NCBI RefSeq assembly: GCF_000150275.1
Contig: NW_002060947.1
Span: 5,371,229 to 5,435,228 of the forward strand
DNA: 64,000 nt
Source of the DNA: Trichoplax adhaerens
Taxonomy: Eukaryota; Animalia; Placozoa
Reading direction: 5' to 3'
Shown here: positions 13,880 through 27,487 of the stretch, one piece after another
How the letters are laid out: every line of letters starts with the position of its first letter
Numbering within the stretch: the first letter of the stretch is position 1
Translations under genes and position numbers: made by a program
Notes under the pieces: generated by a model
Told to the model about the DNA's origin: nothing
The model's database searches: none
The model's input: the letters and a program-made list of their open reading frames with translations, nothing else

Positions 13880-14455
13880 ATTGTTAGATTGTTATACACT
13901 GTAATATCGAGATTATAGTAGAAACATGTTCGGATAATTTTGTTGATTTACCCTTATATGGAGAGTTTCTAATTTAGATTTGTAATATTTAAATATAGCA
14001 CTAGCTTTTATAGTGATACATACAGCCTACTGAAATTAGTAGTTTAATTAGGGAATCGAAAATAATCTTCTTACTATTCAAATCACTGTGATTGTAATTT
14101 GCTTATGGTAGATTTTAGATTATCGTAGAAATGTTACGTGATAGGGCATATTGTAATCTGACAATTTTGCATTAGTCATTCGATGTCTATGTTCGTAAAT
14201 ACTGTTGTTTTCATTAGGTAGCAGTAGATAAAATTAGTTTTTGATTGATTATCAGGTTTCAAAGTTAATACTACTAACTAGGATGCCTTTGCTATTATAA
14301 AAGAGTGTATAAATGCGATGAATCGTATAATAAAGTTAATTTTTATGATTAGTTTTTAACGTAAGATACGAGGCGTCTAAGTCTTTTTGTAGTCTACTAG
14401 TATAGGAAAAGTATTCCTGAAAGAGTAGATCTTGTTGCAAAGCTGTTTTGTAACA
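13880..14455 (+). repeat. Copy 1 of a diverged duplication of about 600 bp (partner at 17212-17845)
   Basis: Long shared blocks, e.g. tgtgattgtaattt.cttatggtagatt, atgtctatgttcgtaaatactgttgt, atacgaggcgt.taagtcttt, atcttgttgcaaagctgttttgt. Confidence 0.9.
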
Positions 14456-17211
14456 TCGATATACAGTAATTAATTTCTTATTTCACCTCTAAGAAGCCTA
14501 TCTTTAAATTAAAGCTAATTAAAGCTAATTTGAATTCGAGATCGTGAGGAATAACTCAAATGAAAATTTATAAATAATAGACGTAACTACTAATCTGCTA
14601 TTTATGAGGTTAACAAAGCAACGTAGATTAATTTTAGACTAGAATTGGTATTATTATGTAACTACTTTATCTACATCTTTCTAATGTTGTCCTCAACATT
14701 CAAAAAAGCAATGCAGTATTATAGCTGTATCAACGCTCAAATGGTATTAGCTTGTATTTAATTTTGTCTAAAATGAAGCTGTCTTCTTCTAAATCTGCCA
14801 TGCAGTAAATTGGTAGTATTTTAAGGCAACAGTTAAACTCTTTCTGAAGCTTATTGCCGAACTAGTCGACTCGCCTCTTTAATCAATTCAGATAGATATC
14901 GATCCGTCAATTGAAGAAATTTCGAATGAAATTACCGTATAATCAATCTTTGATTTTTAATGATACTTTTCTAAGGTGAATCATATTTTAGAAAATATTT
15001 CTATATCTGGTTAATAATTTTATGCGATAGCACCATTAATTGAAAGTCATTACCTCACCATCGGCCTATTTAAATATTATTTATGAACTTGATTCTAGAG
15101 AAAGATTGTCTATAATAGACTTGGAAAACTATTACATTGCATGTATCTAATTTTGTCTCTCATTGCCCTTTTTTGTATCTCATCAATAAATTAATTAAGA
15201 ATAATTAATTTATGATCTCTTTGCCAATCCAACCCTTTATTACCAGCTACTATTACATCATCAAGACTTAATAAGAATATCATATAAGGTTTCGCCTATT
15301 TTTGACCGATGTCATAATCAATTTCATGACGACGTTTTAATAAAAAAATAGAAAATACCGCGAATACTAGCTTTGTGGCGAAAACTTTTTACTGCTGTAT
15401 CGCTTTTAGCATTGACCATCTCCTACGAATAGCCCAGTGGCCACGGTAATGCTGTACTGTACTTAGACTAAATATGGAACATCAAATTTTATTATATTCT
15501 AAATAGAACGTGGTTTAACACCAATTGGTATTACTTGTATGATATTATAAAGACATATTATCTACAAAGATACATATTAAATAATTATATCGAATCGAAT
15601 TCTATGCCTAAGCCATTAGTAAACGTAAATTACAATTGATCTATCAAAAAATTACTGCAGTATATCATTCAGGCTTTAAGTATTATAGAGCAAATAAATA
15701 TCAAAAATTCTATTGGAGAGTAAGATTAATGTTCTTGTGATGATTAGCTAAATTTTAATTAATGCCATGCTAAAATATGTCTATAAATTTTCTATTAATT
15801 TTATTTGTATATCATTCCACGTTACGGTGTAAAGAAACAATGACACATAAAGTTTAAAAGCAACGAAACTTCAATACTAAATGAAGATATGTCGACTTTT
15901 AATTTCATATTTGGCCTATCATGTTGCATTAATGTTACTAAACACTGGAGATTCATTTTATGTACTTTATAAGTATATCAGTAAAGAATTAAATTGTGGT
16001 GGATCTTGAGGTTGATTGGTGATACTTTTCATGAAATGCAGCTCACCCTTTGCTACTAATTAATTGACTTATTGAAAGTAGAACAGTACATATATTAGCA
16101 GAGTAATTGAATGATCTTGTGAAGCAATGCCGAAAAAGTCTTACGACTTTCCATTTTATAAGATTCTAGCTGTAACAGTAACGGATCCTTTTGTAACTTA
16201 GCAGCATCGTACTATACAGATATTTAAGTTTCTAAATTCCTAGACACGACACAGACAAGCATTTTGATAACATAACATGTTGATAATTCGTAATATATGA
16301 TTATCATAACTTATAAGTTATCTATTGTAATTATAATTATCAGACATGGCATTACGCTACGGTTCGGATTTAGTGTATTAGTGTGACGATACACATATTT
16401 TAATGATTATTCGCGACATAATAATCATTCATTTGTAGAAACTAGATTAATCTGAAAATAGGTGATCATTTAATAATATTGACGAGATGTAGTTTACAAA
16501 TCTTATTAAATGTGAAGTAATACAACAAATATTTGTTAACGTTTGTGATAACATCATCCGCCCTATATCAAGAACAATGGATATCTTAACAACATTGAGC
16601 GGATTTACCAATAAAAAACACCGCTATGATATTAATACAGCAATCGTATCTATATGCCTCTAATTTCAATCATTTATGTTAGAGATGAAATGAAATAGAA
16701 CACGATCTTATACACCATAAATAATTATCAGATTTCGTTTGATAGCTAAAATTAAATTATGCGTCAAGTATTTGTCAGTAAGTTAAAATCAGTTTAATTA
16801 CGAATTTAGAAGTTACAAATAAAATTATGAATAATTTCAATTTATTTTATTTTCCATCGAATTATGAATAATATCTCCTCCTTTCCCATAATTATGCTTA
16901 GTAGATGCATTATATTATGATTCTGAGCTGTTAATTAATCGAGCTTATATAATCTAGGAAAGTAACCGCAATTTTTTATCTGGATTCCAAAGTAACTCGA
17001 AAAATCTTATTCAGAACCCTTATGATATTTTATATTTTAACGTTCAGAGATATAAGCATTAATAAATATAAACTCCAAAAGCTTAGGAACATCAGCTTTT
17101 ATTGTATGCATATTCGCCATTTTATTCTTAAGATTTCTAAATTTATTAGCATCTATTCCAATTTACAGTAGGCAAGATTCAATTATTGTATGTCATGATT
17201 ATCCTAAGTAT

Positions 17212-17845
17212 GTGTTACAGTGTTATATACTGTATTACAGTAGAAATAACTATGTTAGGATAATTCTGTGAGACTATCCTTATTTAGTTAACTTATAATT
17301 TGGATATACTGTGTTTTAATACAGCACTGACTTTTTATGACAGTGACACTTATACACATACTGAAATTAATAGTTATAATAGGGAATGCAAATCATCTAC
17401 TTACAGTTCGAATCATTGTGATTGTAATTTACTTATGGTAGATTGTAAATTATCATGGAAATGTTCCGTGATAGGACATATCGTAATCTGACTATTCTGT
17501 ATTAGTCATTACATGTCTATGTTCGTAAATACTGTTGTCTGCATTAAGGGAGCAGTAGCTAAAATTAATATCTAATTCAGTAAATGATTCCAAAGTTAAT
17601 TGTATTAACTATGACTCATGAACTATTGAGGAGTAGTATATAAATGCAGTATATCGTGAAATAAAGTGAATTCTCCAACTTAGTGTTTAACGTAAAATAC
17701 GAGGCGTTTAAGTCTTTGTGTAGTCTGTTAGTAGAGCAAAAGTGTTTGTGATAGTGCAGATATCGTTCCTTGATACGTGGTTCAAGGAATTGACTTATTG
17801 ATCGTATATTGCGTTTATCTTGTTGCAAAGCTGTTTTGTGACATA
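17212..17845 (+). repeat. Copy 2 of the duplication of about 600 bp, carrying an extra segment of about 57 bp
   Basis: Collinear with 13880-14455. The segment at about 17761-17819 is absent from copy 1. Confidence 0.9.
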
Positions 17846-17879
17846 CACTTAAATTTGTGATATTATTTGATGGAAAACG

Positions 17880-19400
17880 ACATCAACTATCCATCAATTA
17901 ACCATCATACAGTAGTAAGGACCCATCATTCAAACCTAACCTAACTTGGAAAATCTCCTACCATTCTGGAAACGTCATTCCATCGATGTTGATCATACTG
18001 CGTTCAATTTGTTAACGTAGCTCAACCTTGAATATGCATCCATCTCACTTTAACCGAGAAAATGTCCATACTTTAGAACGAGCATTTTCTATCTACACAG
18101 CTCAAAAATATCGTGGATGTTACGGATAACTGCTCAAATTGTTGACATAATTTGATAAAAAAACTCTATTGACTATCTATCAATCAACTTGGAGAATTGA
18201 AGAATCAAAGAAATGCCGAGATGATGGTTGCAATTTGCATTCCTCTCCTATAATGGATCATGTACCTACTCTACGTTATCCGATCAATCGATTGTCCAAA
18301 CAAATATCAAGCTAGATCAATAACATCAACATGAAAGATTGTCAACAGATATTCAATCCATCCCCTTGTAGCTCGAAGATTGATTGAAATTGGAGCCTAG
18401 CAGTATTCTAATGAGGGCATACTAACATGCAAGGTCCCATTTCTACTTAACACACAACTCATCATGTTTGCTAGAATGATGCCATGTCATAACAATAAGC
18501 TTAGCCAATGGAATTGTCTCTTTGGTTATCACGTGGTAAGATGGAAATCTAAAAAGCAAGATCAAAAAAGAACGATGGCCGACAAAGGCATGTTGTAAGA
18601 AGAAGGCAATTGATCAATTGCAGGAATACTATTTGGATAAGGGATTCATTACCTCTCAACTTGATCATCCTACACCTCTATACAAAGATTGTAATTAGCG
18701 AGAGAGAGAGAGAGCTTGATCATCAAGTTGATCAAGTTGAAGTTGAAAGTAGAACTTGAAAGAGTACCGTATCTAATTTTTATCTAGCGTTCATCATTAC
18801 TACAGCAAGTAGGGATTGATAAATCCAGTTGATTAAAGAAAGAAACATCGGATATCGTCCAATTCTTTTCTAGTTAAAGCTATCTTGACATGAAGAATAG
18901 AATATAGTTTGGTTATGACCTTTAGCCTTTACCCAAGTTGAAATTTTCATCCAATTATTGGCTTCGTAAGACGTTGCAATTTAACAACCATCATTGCTTC
19001 AATTGGATACCGACATCGTTTGACTTAATAATTGATTTGCTTGTTGGTTGGTTACCAGCAAGTCGGAAAGTGTTCATTTTCATTGATCAGTCCATTCCCA
19101 AAGGTAAGTCATGAATAAAGTTAAATTGAATTCATTTCGTGACACCATCGAATCATCTTGGCCTTGATTATGGATGTCATTCCAGTAGTAAGGGACAATG
19201 ATGATGATGGCCACAGTAAAAATAGAGTCCTCCCATTCAGCCCACATCTTTCTACTGCATTCTATCATACTCTTCTTTTACACTTATTGATCTATTGAAT
19301 TGAAGATTATTTTATTTCGATTATGAAAACTCCGGTGTGCAATTGAAATACTGGGCAATTTCCTGATCAAAAACGATAGAATCGACGCGTATCGATCGAC
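17880..19400 (-). mobile_element. Probable highly decayed Ty3/Gypsy-like LTR retrotransposon relic
   Basis: Composition differs from the flanks. Broken minus-strand fragments appear in gag-pol order: GLYFYCGHHHHCP (degenerate GLCFYCG..GH..CP knuckle, about 19190-19230), LQRLTKPI (protease-adjacent), RPSFFFDLA and KWDLAC*YAL (RT connection region, cf. RSFLGLA and KW..CQ.AF). No LTRs or RT core seen. Confidence 0.35.
18700..18714 (+). repeat. (GA)n microsatellite
   Basis: gagagagagagagag. Confidence 0.85.
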
Positions 19401-19485
19401 AATGTAGTGTGTTGTTCGTCTGCTTTTACTTTACCATCACGTTGAGTGGTGCCTAATCCGTTTAAATGAATAAAAATAATCTCTA

Positions 19486-20330
19486 AGCAAACTATCCAAT
19501 TTCACTAACTCATTATGTCACCATTCTAGTCAACTAATTCTGTCATTTCTTGCTCCTTTACTGTCAATAGGGCAAACTGAATTTTATCATACCTTGACTT
19601 ACTGTTAAAGCTAAAAATGATGATGCAATTGTCAACGTATCTTTGCCTTCTTATTACAGGCCAAATTTCTACATCACTGTGACTAATTAATCTACATTAA
19701 TAGATAAAATGACCTCCAAGCAAACTATTCACCATCTTGCAGTCCTAGTTAACTAATTCTGCCATTTCTTGCTCCTTCAAAGTCGATAGGATAAACTGAA
19801 TTTTATTATACATTGACTTATTAGTGAAAGCCAAAAATGCTGATTCAATTGTCAACATATCTTTACCTTTTTAGTACAGGCCATATTTTACATCACTTTG
19901 ATTATATAATCTATTTAAATAGATAAAGCGATCGTCTTGCAAACTATTTAATTTTATGAATACACCATAACGTAGTTCCAGTCGATTAATTCTGCCTTTT
20001 CCTACCCCTTCAAAGTCGATAGTAAAAACTGAACTTGATAAGCCAAATTAAATCATGCTATGACTTTTGAAAAGCTAAAAATGATGAGTGATATCTAATT
20101 TATTTTAAAGGGATAAAATAACCTCCAATTAAACTATCCAATTTTTCTAATGCACCATCTTACAGTTCTATCCAACTAATTCTGCCTTTTCTTGCCCCTT
20201 CAAAGTCAATAGTACAAATCGAACTTTATAAATTAAATTTTATCATACTCAGACTCAGTATTAAAGCCAAAAATGATCCAATTGTCGATATAATTTTACG
20301 TTTTTGTTACAGGTCAAATTTTAGACCATA
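19486..20330 (+). repeat. Diverged tandem repeat, 4 copies of about 190-230 bp (starts about 19486, 19719, 19939, 20131)
   Basis: Recurring aaactat, taattctg.c.ttt, cttcaaagtc.atag, aaag(c/t)..aaaaatg and tacagg.ca.att blocks. Confidence 0.9.
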
Positions 20331-21259
20331 CTAGAAATTAGCGCTTAGAGAAGTCATGAAATTGCCAAACCTTATCCAGCACAGAGATAAAATTAAGCGT
20401 ACGGTCTGAATGCACTTTCTTGCAAATTGTTGACCGAAATAGTATTTTAAATAGAGTAATTATAGACTAATCCTCATTTATAGTTCATAAACGTATCAAG
20501 AATAACTATACCTACGGATAGAATTCAAATGTTGCTTGCATAGGGGCAGTTATTGGCATTGAAAACAAATAATTAGTAGTTTATACCTAGAAAGGCTATC
20601 TAAATTTTCATTGAGTGATATTAAAAATTCATTAGCATAGGTGAGTTTCTATGACAGTCAGTTTTATCATAGTAATCTAGTCCTATTTAAATAGAATTAA
20701 TTTTATTCCTTTTCACCCCAGAATTAGCAATGGTGATCTTTAATAATTATCTTAAGTTAAAATCCATGACCAAAGAGAGTAGCTCTAACGACTTTATGTA
20801 TTCTCCAAGCTGTATCTACATAGCTACCTAGTTATAACATTCAATTCTTTCATATCTTGTTGACAACACTCTTACAATACTACATCCATTTCATATGACA
20901 TGATCTTGCTATTTAATTATTGATATTATCCAAACTGCTAGAAATTTGAAAGTATTTTTGCTCGCGGTAACCTTACTCCTTACGAAAATAAGATGCTATA
21001 GATGGAGAATGATCAATACCTTTCATGGTCGAAGTTGCCCACTCATGTTTATCATCATGGCGACAACAATTACTGCAATCTCTTAATTATTATTTTAAAG
21101 TTGGCATCAATGCCTAAGATTTCCACTTTTAACTACTAACCGCACTTTTTAACTGTTGAGGTATATTGACTTTTTCGCATTTTCTTACTCCTGTAATCGA
21201 TTGTACAAGTAAGCATCTCAAGTAAAATGACGGGATCTTAGCAGCATCTAATCATAATT

Positions 21260-21598
21260 TAAAGTAATATTAATATCCAATTTAAAATTAGTATGATTTA
21301 TAGCCTTCAATCGTTATGCCTATTCTAGTACTGTAAGTTGGCAGCAGCAATCAACAGTAAAAATCTTCAAATCCATGTATTTCTACGCCATAAAATTGTT
21401 GTTTGGATACTGCAATATAAGTAAATTGAACTCCATGCCAAGATACGGGTACAACCTAAAGTAGTATTTATATCCCAATTTGAAATTAATATCATTTATA
21501 GCCTCCAATCATTATGCCTAATCCTATGCTATCAGTAGGCAACAGCAATGAATAATTAAAAATCTTCAAGTTTACGTATTTCTACGACATCAAATTGG
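21260..21598 (+). repeat. Two diverged copies of about 140 bp, period about 197 bp
   Basis: atttatagcct.caatc.ttatgccta, ggca.cagcaat, aaaaatcttcaa and gtatttctacg.cat.aaattg occur in both copies. Confidence 0.85.
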
Positions 21599-21609
21599 TA
21601 CGACTCTGT

Positions 21610-22090
21610 AATGACAAGATAGGCCTTAAATTAGATAGTCACTTTCCACTGAACACGAGCTATTAATAATTACCTTGGAATAGTACAACATAATATTATA
21701 AATTCTGTCCAAAATTCTATTCTTTATAACTTTAAGCCCTTCTCTTAAGACAAATGATGGTTTGATCACGATCGTAAATAACATGGTAGCCCATTCTGCT
21801 GGCAATGTAACAGATTGCTCTGGGATAAATATTGTTCTATTTTACTGAGTTTACTGATTGTCAATGCAGTATCGTAGCAAACTCTTGTTTCAGATTTAAT
21901 TATTTTTAATTCAAATCTTTTCGAATTAAGGGCATGGTTACAACCTATTCAGCAAGTTGTAAATCATTCCATGTTAAAATAGTGCACCGTCAAATAATTT
22001 ATAGATGCACCTCCTGAAAAATGATGACGGTCATGGCGATATACGGTATAGCAAGTAATTTCCTAATGTTCTGGCGCCATGTATGTTATT
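21610..22090 (-). pseudogene. Possible decayed trypsin-like (S1) serine protease pseudogene
   Basis: Frameshifted minus-strand fragments in S1 order: HHFSGGASIN (HFCGGSLI), LTVHYF (LTAAHCF), YDTAL..KLSK (DIALLKL), NIYPRAIC/LP, PSFVLREG, SSCSVESD (DSCQGDSG). Many stops. Confidence 0.4.
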
Positions 22091-22303
22091 GTAAACAATT
22101 TTTTCGCCTTCTAGTTTATTTTAAAATAAATCTGTGATATGCAGCCTGTGACAAAGACACTCGAAAGTACATCACTAGCTGTTTTATGAAATTCCTTTCA
22201 GTGCAATGATTATCGTTCGGCTTTTACAGTTCCTTTATTTCGGTTTAATGAAGATGGTGGTGAAAACTAATAGCAAGCAGTCTTTAATTGATAACTATTA
22301 GAA

Positions 22304-22990
22304 TTCTTCCTATATCCAAATAGAATGCCAGCAATAGAGTTTGAGAATTTAATAGAGAATACTCATAAATCTACAGTTTGATTTCTGGAAAATGTCTTAT
22401 TTGAATACAGGAATTGTTGACGAAATAACGGCTCAAGAAAGTATCGAAAATTTATGGTATAGCTACAGGAGTCAGCAATAAATATTCTTCCATATATTCA
22501 AATGGAGAATCAGCAAGAGAGCTAGAGCATTTACAGATAATACTGATAAAAATACTGTTTTAATCTCTGCAAAATATCTTACTTAATGTTGGAGTTGTCA
22601 ACAAAAGAACATCTGACGGAAATATCTAACATTTGTGGTATAAGAGTAAGCTATAGATATTCTTCATGTTAGGTTGAGTTACAGTAAGATTGACAGGACA
22701 TTTATGGTTAAGGCAGACAAAAATACTGTTAAACTTTGCGAAACTCCTGACTTTAGCTCCAGAACTATTCAAAATACAACGATATGAGAAAAGATCTGAA
22801 GTTCATGTAACCATAAACAGAAGTTAGCGATAGATATTATTCCATATATCGAAATAGAGAGCCAATTAGATAGATTAAACACGTACGAGGAAAGCTAATG
22901 AAATACGATTAAACTTGGAAAAGTCTAGCTCTCGAGTTAACCACAAAATAACATCTCGAGAGAATATCTAAAAAATTGATCTAATAGTTA
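22304..22990 (+). repeat. Diverged tandem repeat, 4 copies of about 180 bp (starts about 22304, 22485, 22660, 22837)
   Basis: Recurring tt.ttcc.tatat, aaaaatactgtt, aa.atc.aa and atagatatt blocks at regular spacing. Confidence 0.75.
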
Positions 22991-25900
22991 TAGAACTAAA
23001 CACTGTATTGACTTTACACTTGGATAAATTGATATCTACACGATCTATTTCCACAAATAGAAATATAAGTTTTAATCAAGCCTATATCAATTTATGCCTG
23101 TATTAGAAATCCGATTGATATCCTGTTCAACTGTTACCATTGCAATTGCTCTCCAACTTTAAATCTGTACAACTGGCTATCATTTCTTTATCCATGACCG
23201 CAAAATGTGCACGTAAAACTTCAATTCAGCCAACAGATCCACTTTATATCGCAATAAAATGAAAATGATTAGCGTCTCTCTAGTAAAACATCCATTAATA
23301 TCTTGACTTACCATTACACTGACAAATCTGCTGTACCTGATCCAATATGATAAAGGATTTCAAAATAATAAAACAAGAACTGGCATCTTGTATACTTCTA
23401 TTGCATATAAATCAGGTTAGTCTTACAACGACCAATTTTTAATATTAAGCTAATTTGGGCCTACTTTAATTATCTTTATATAAAGACATTAAGTAGCTTC
23501 TTACTCGATTGTGATGGCAGCATTGGTCGCTGTAGTCAAATATGTATACAACTAGCTATCGATTCTCATATCTAATTCTTCAGATAATAACATCAAATTG
23601 TCATCAAGTAAATAGGAGTGTTTTATATCGTAGTACTATGATTTATTATCTGTACTTGAAAATAAATTAACATCTTAAGCAACCATAATAATAGTAAATA
23701 TTTCTATAGTCACATAACTTGCGATCAATTTTCATACATCATTCCATTAATATCAATATCCATCTCCTCCAATATACCAGCATTTAATTTACCTATTTCT
23801 TATTATATCGATGAATCATCTCTTCTATAACAAAATTAACATCTTACCTAATAATTCTAGTATTACTTAATATAACATTCTAGCAAACTTGAGTATCAGA
23901 TTTCATCAATGTCGGCCCCAATTCCATACAAGCCAATATCATATAACTGGGCTATGTCTGAATGTACTTTAACGATTGATCGTCTCTACTAGAATAAAAA
24001 TTGATTTCTTGCCCAGTAGCTACAACAGTAAATATTTTCTGCACTTGTATGTATACTCTTAAATTTGTTATTAAGTTTAACAATTTACTCTGCCTATGTC
24101 AACTAAGGTTTATTAAAATCGCATAGTCGTTTATTATCGATATTAGGATATAAATCGATATCCGATCCTACAGCTCTAGTAGTCAATGTTGTTGCAGTTC
24201 TATGATCATAATATCCTATTAGTACTGACAATTATCCCCAAATGGTAATTTAATTTATAATCAAGGCAGAAAATTACACTCTACTTTATCCTACCCGGAT
24301 AGAACCAGTAATCGAGACAGTCACTATGATATAATTTGTAATAAGTTATTCCAAGCTTCAAATTCAATTCTTGGAACATTGAGTTTAAACGATTATGATG
24401 AGTCATGATCATGTTCATGATCTCCAATAGTTTAACGTCTAGATGGATGCTGTTAGAATCATTATTGAAGATATGAAATGAATCTTTTTGCATTATGAAT
24501 TTCAGTAGTATTGATAAATAATACCCAAATCTAATATTGATATCAATTGCCTCTAGAGAAAAATCTTCCTCTATTTTTTCCTCTTATGGCAAACTTGTAA
24601 AAAAAGAGTAGCTTTTTCACAGCTCTTAGCCAAGTGAGCTGACCTCGAAAAAACACTATAGTACGTCATTGAGTAAGCGATATCACGATAGTCTATAATA
24701 AGTTTAGCGGCAGAATCAATTTAATTAACTGGGTAATCAAGTCCTTTAAGGTATGAAATTTATGTAGAATAGCGTGAAGAACGATCAATTCTATTTAATA
24801 TTACCACTAATTGGGGATTAATAGACAAATTGCAAATTCACGCGATGAAATTTTGGCGTAATAAACTGCAATCCCATTCAATAGATTAATCACGCTATTA
24901 AAATCACACGATGTTCAGTATATTGATTGTATCATCTTAAAATAGCATTAAATATTAAGGTAAATTGTTGATTACCAGATAAAAATATTCTTGATATAAA
25001 TATAAAAGATTATTATAGAGGATAGCAAAGGCTCTTTGTTACCAATCAGCTTTACCCTAATTCTTTATCGTGATATCATTTGCAAAACTCCATCATAAAA
25101 TTATATCTAATTAATCCATTGACCCAAGATCAATTTCCTTCCAATATCCAGATGATAATAGACGAAATATTTACAACTTTCGGTTGTGCAATGGTAATCA
25201 AGAGCATATTAGATGTTTCTTTATAAGATTGATCGACATCCATTGAATTATGGTTTGGGAGTAAACATGTTGTATCAAAAATGTTTTTTTATTGTTAATT
25301 CAATTACATACTTTTCTATTCTGTTTGCGACCAAGTTTTTTGTCGTTATTTCACGATGTATAGAACATTACTTTTGTCCTCTGAACATCATCATTCCTTT
25401 TCATTAACTTAATTTTTAGACAGCTACTAGCATACTCATGTTTACTATTTTAAATTGCTGTTTACATTTAAGCGCACTGTCACCCAATTTATTCTTTTCC
25501 CTAAACTTGTCAAACACCTCTACACTTTGCTTTCTGTTCCCCTCATATTGCTGCTCCTAATTATATCATTACTATTTTACTCATATAGCTAAGTAATAAT
25601 TTCACCTAATTGTATTAGTTATGCATTATGGAATACAGTGATAATATGTTGTATATGACTGTATGTATGTATGGTCTTAATAAAGTAAGGTTAAAAATTC
25701 ATCTACTAAAAGCTATAATAAAGTAGTTTAGGGAGTAATTAAACGATCGCAAACATCGATAATCACATGAAGTGGTCAATTTTGTGATATGAGATGAATT
25801 TTTATTGCTTTAAAATACACCAAAATGGACCTACTATCATAATAACAAAATCACTCAATGTTCTCGTATAGAAGAGTGTAATGGTGGGCAAATATAAGGC

Positions 25901-26148
25901 TTAAATATGACGAAAACAAAATTGCTAGTTGAAAATATCCAATTTTCATCACTGTGTGCAATGCATACCATAAAGCTGATGGTAAATACAAACTTTGCTG
26001 TTTTAACACTTAAATTCTCTTATTTGAGTAGGTTACAGAATAATGAAATAAAATATTATAATAACTCAAATAGAATTCATAACGAAAATTGTCCATTATC
26101 CCCTCTATGAGAGAACGTTTCGACTAACATCAAATGAGAAAATAATTT

Positions 26149-26668
26149 AATTCAATTTCACTGTTTAAAATGTTCGTTTCTTCTTATTTACATGAGTCAA
26201 TTTATGTCGATATAAGATTTGATGGCGTTTTAAACAATTCTTTTAAATATTCATTTTCTTTCTTCAAGTAATTCAATTCAATTCAATTCAATTTCATGGG
26301 TTGAAATGTTTAATTTCTCTTACTTAAGGCAGGTTATATCACTTTAAGGGTTCATGATGATTAAAACGATTGCTTTGAATATCTATTTTCTCTTCTTGGA
26401 GTAATTAAATTCTACGCAATTCAGTTTCATGGTTTAAAATATCTATTTTCTCTTACTTAAGTGAGATTATATCAATATAAGGTTTAATAGTGATTGGAAC
26501 GATCCATTTAATTGAAACATCCATTTTCTCTTCTTTGGAGTAATTAAATTGGATTCATTTCAATTTTATAGTTTAAAATGCACAATTTCCCTGATTTAAG
26601 TCACGTTATATCAATTTAAGGTTGTACGATAGTTGAAACCATTTTTTAAATATCGCTTTCCTCTTCTT
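26149..26668 (+). repeat. Tandem repeat, 4 copies of about 135 bp, upstream of gene 2
   Basis: caatttca..gttt.aaat, tcttacttaa, ttatatca...taagg and ttttctcttcttggagtaattaaatt recur. Includes an (aattc)4 run near 26270. Confidence 0.88.
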
Positions 26669-27487
26669 CTACCGCTACACCCTATGATAACTGTAGCAAA
26701 ATTTACAGCACCGAGGCTAAATTTGTCTTTCAAGAGCTATTTTTACTACGCCAATATTATCCTGTTGTTCAAGAATATTCTGCGGCACCAACATCGAAGC
26801 TCTGCAATAATAAATACTGATTTTCCGCTCTAGAATGCATAAAAGATATTTATTGCGTCAATGACTATTTCCTACTCTTAACGAATATTATGGGATATCA
26901 TGACTCAGGCAATACTGATTGCTTTAATGCCTTAGTTTCTGTTATATGAGCGTGTTCTGAAATACTAATATTGCAGCTGTAGAATAATCATAATCAAACA
27001 ATTAATATCAGTATCCATTTTTTGTTCTACAAGCTTCTTACTGTATGCTCGTATTCCATCATTATCCTACTTTTATGAGTAAGCTTAAGAAGGTCGGATA
27101 TCGAATAGAACGATGTAAAATTGCCAATATCAACAAAAAATATCATTATATTGGGATAAATGGAAAATTATAGCTATCCATCTTTCATTTTCTGTTTTAT
27201 TAACTAGAAATTTAACATGTCGAGTCATAAAGCTAATTTTATTAGAATACGTTGTTTCTTTCTTAAATTATGGCAAAGCAGTTAAGCCAGGGTGTATTAC
27301 TGTTCTATTGATAGTTTCTGCACCTTTTGGCCATTTAGTTAAGCTCTACACAGAGCAAAAAAGGTAGCACATTATTGATATCATTAAACGAAACTAGGTT
27401 ACAGAAAATTATTTCGAAAGTTTAGTGTTGCTAAACTTCACCAATAACATGATAAATTAAACATGATTTTAATTCTGCTTTATTTAG

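Noticed and set aside
19486-20330. Repeat arrays as CRISPR-like or coding repeats
   Set aside because: Eukaryotic context, long diverged units with no identical repeat/unique spacer structure, and no sustained ORF.
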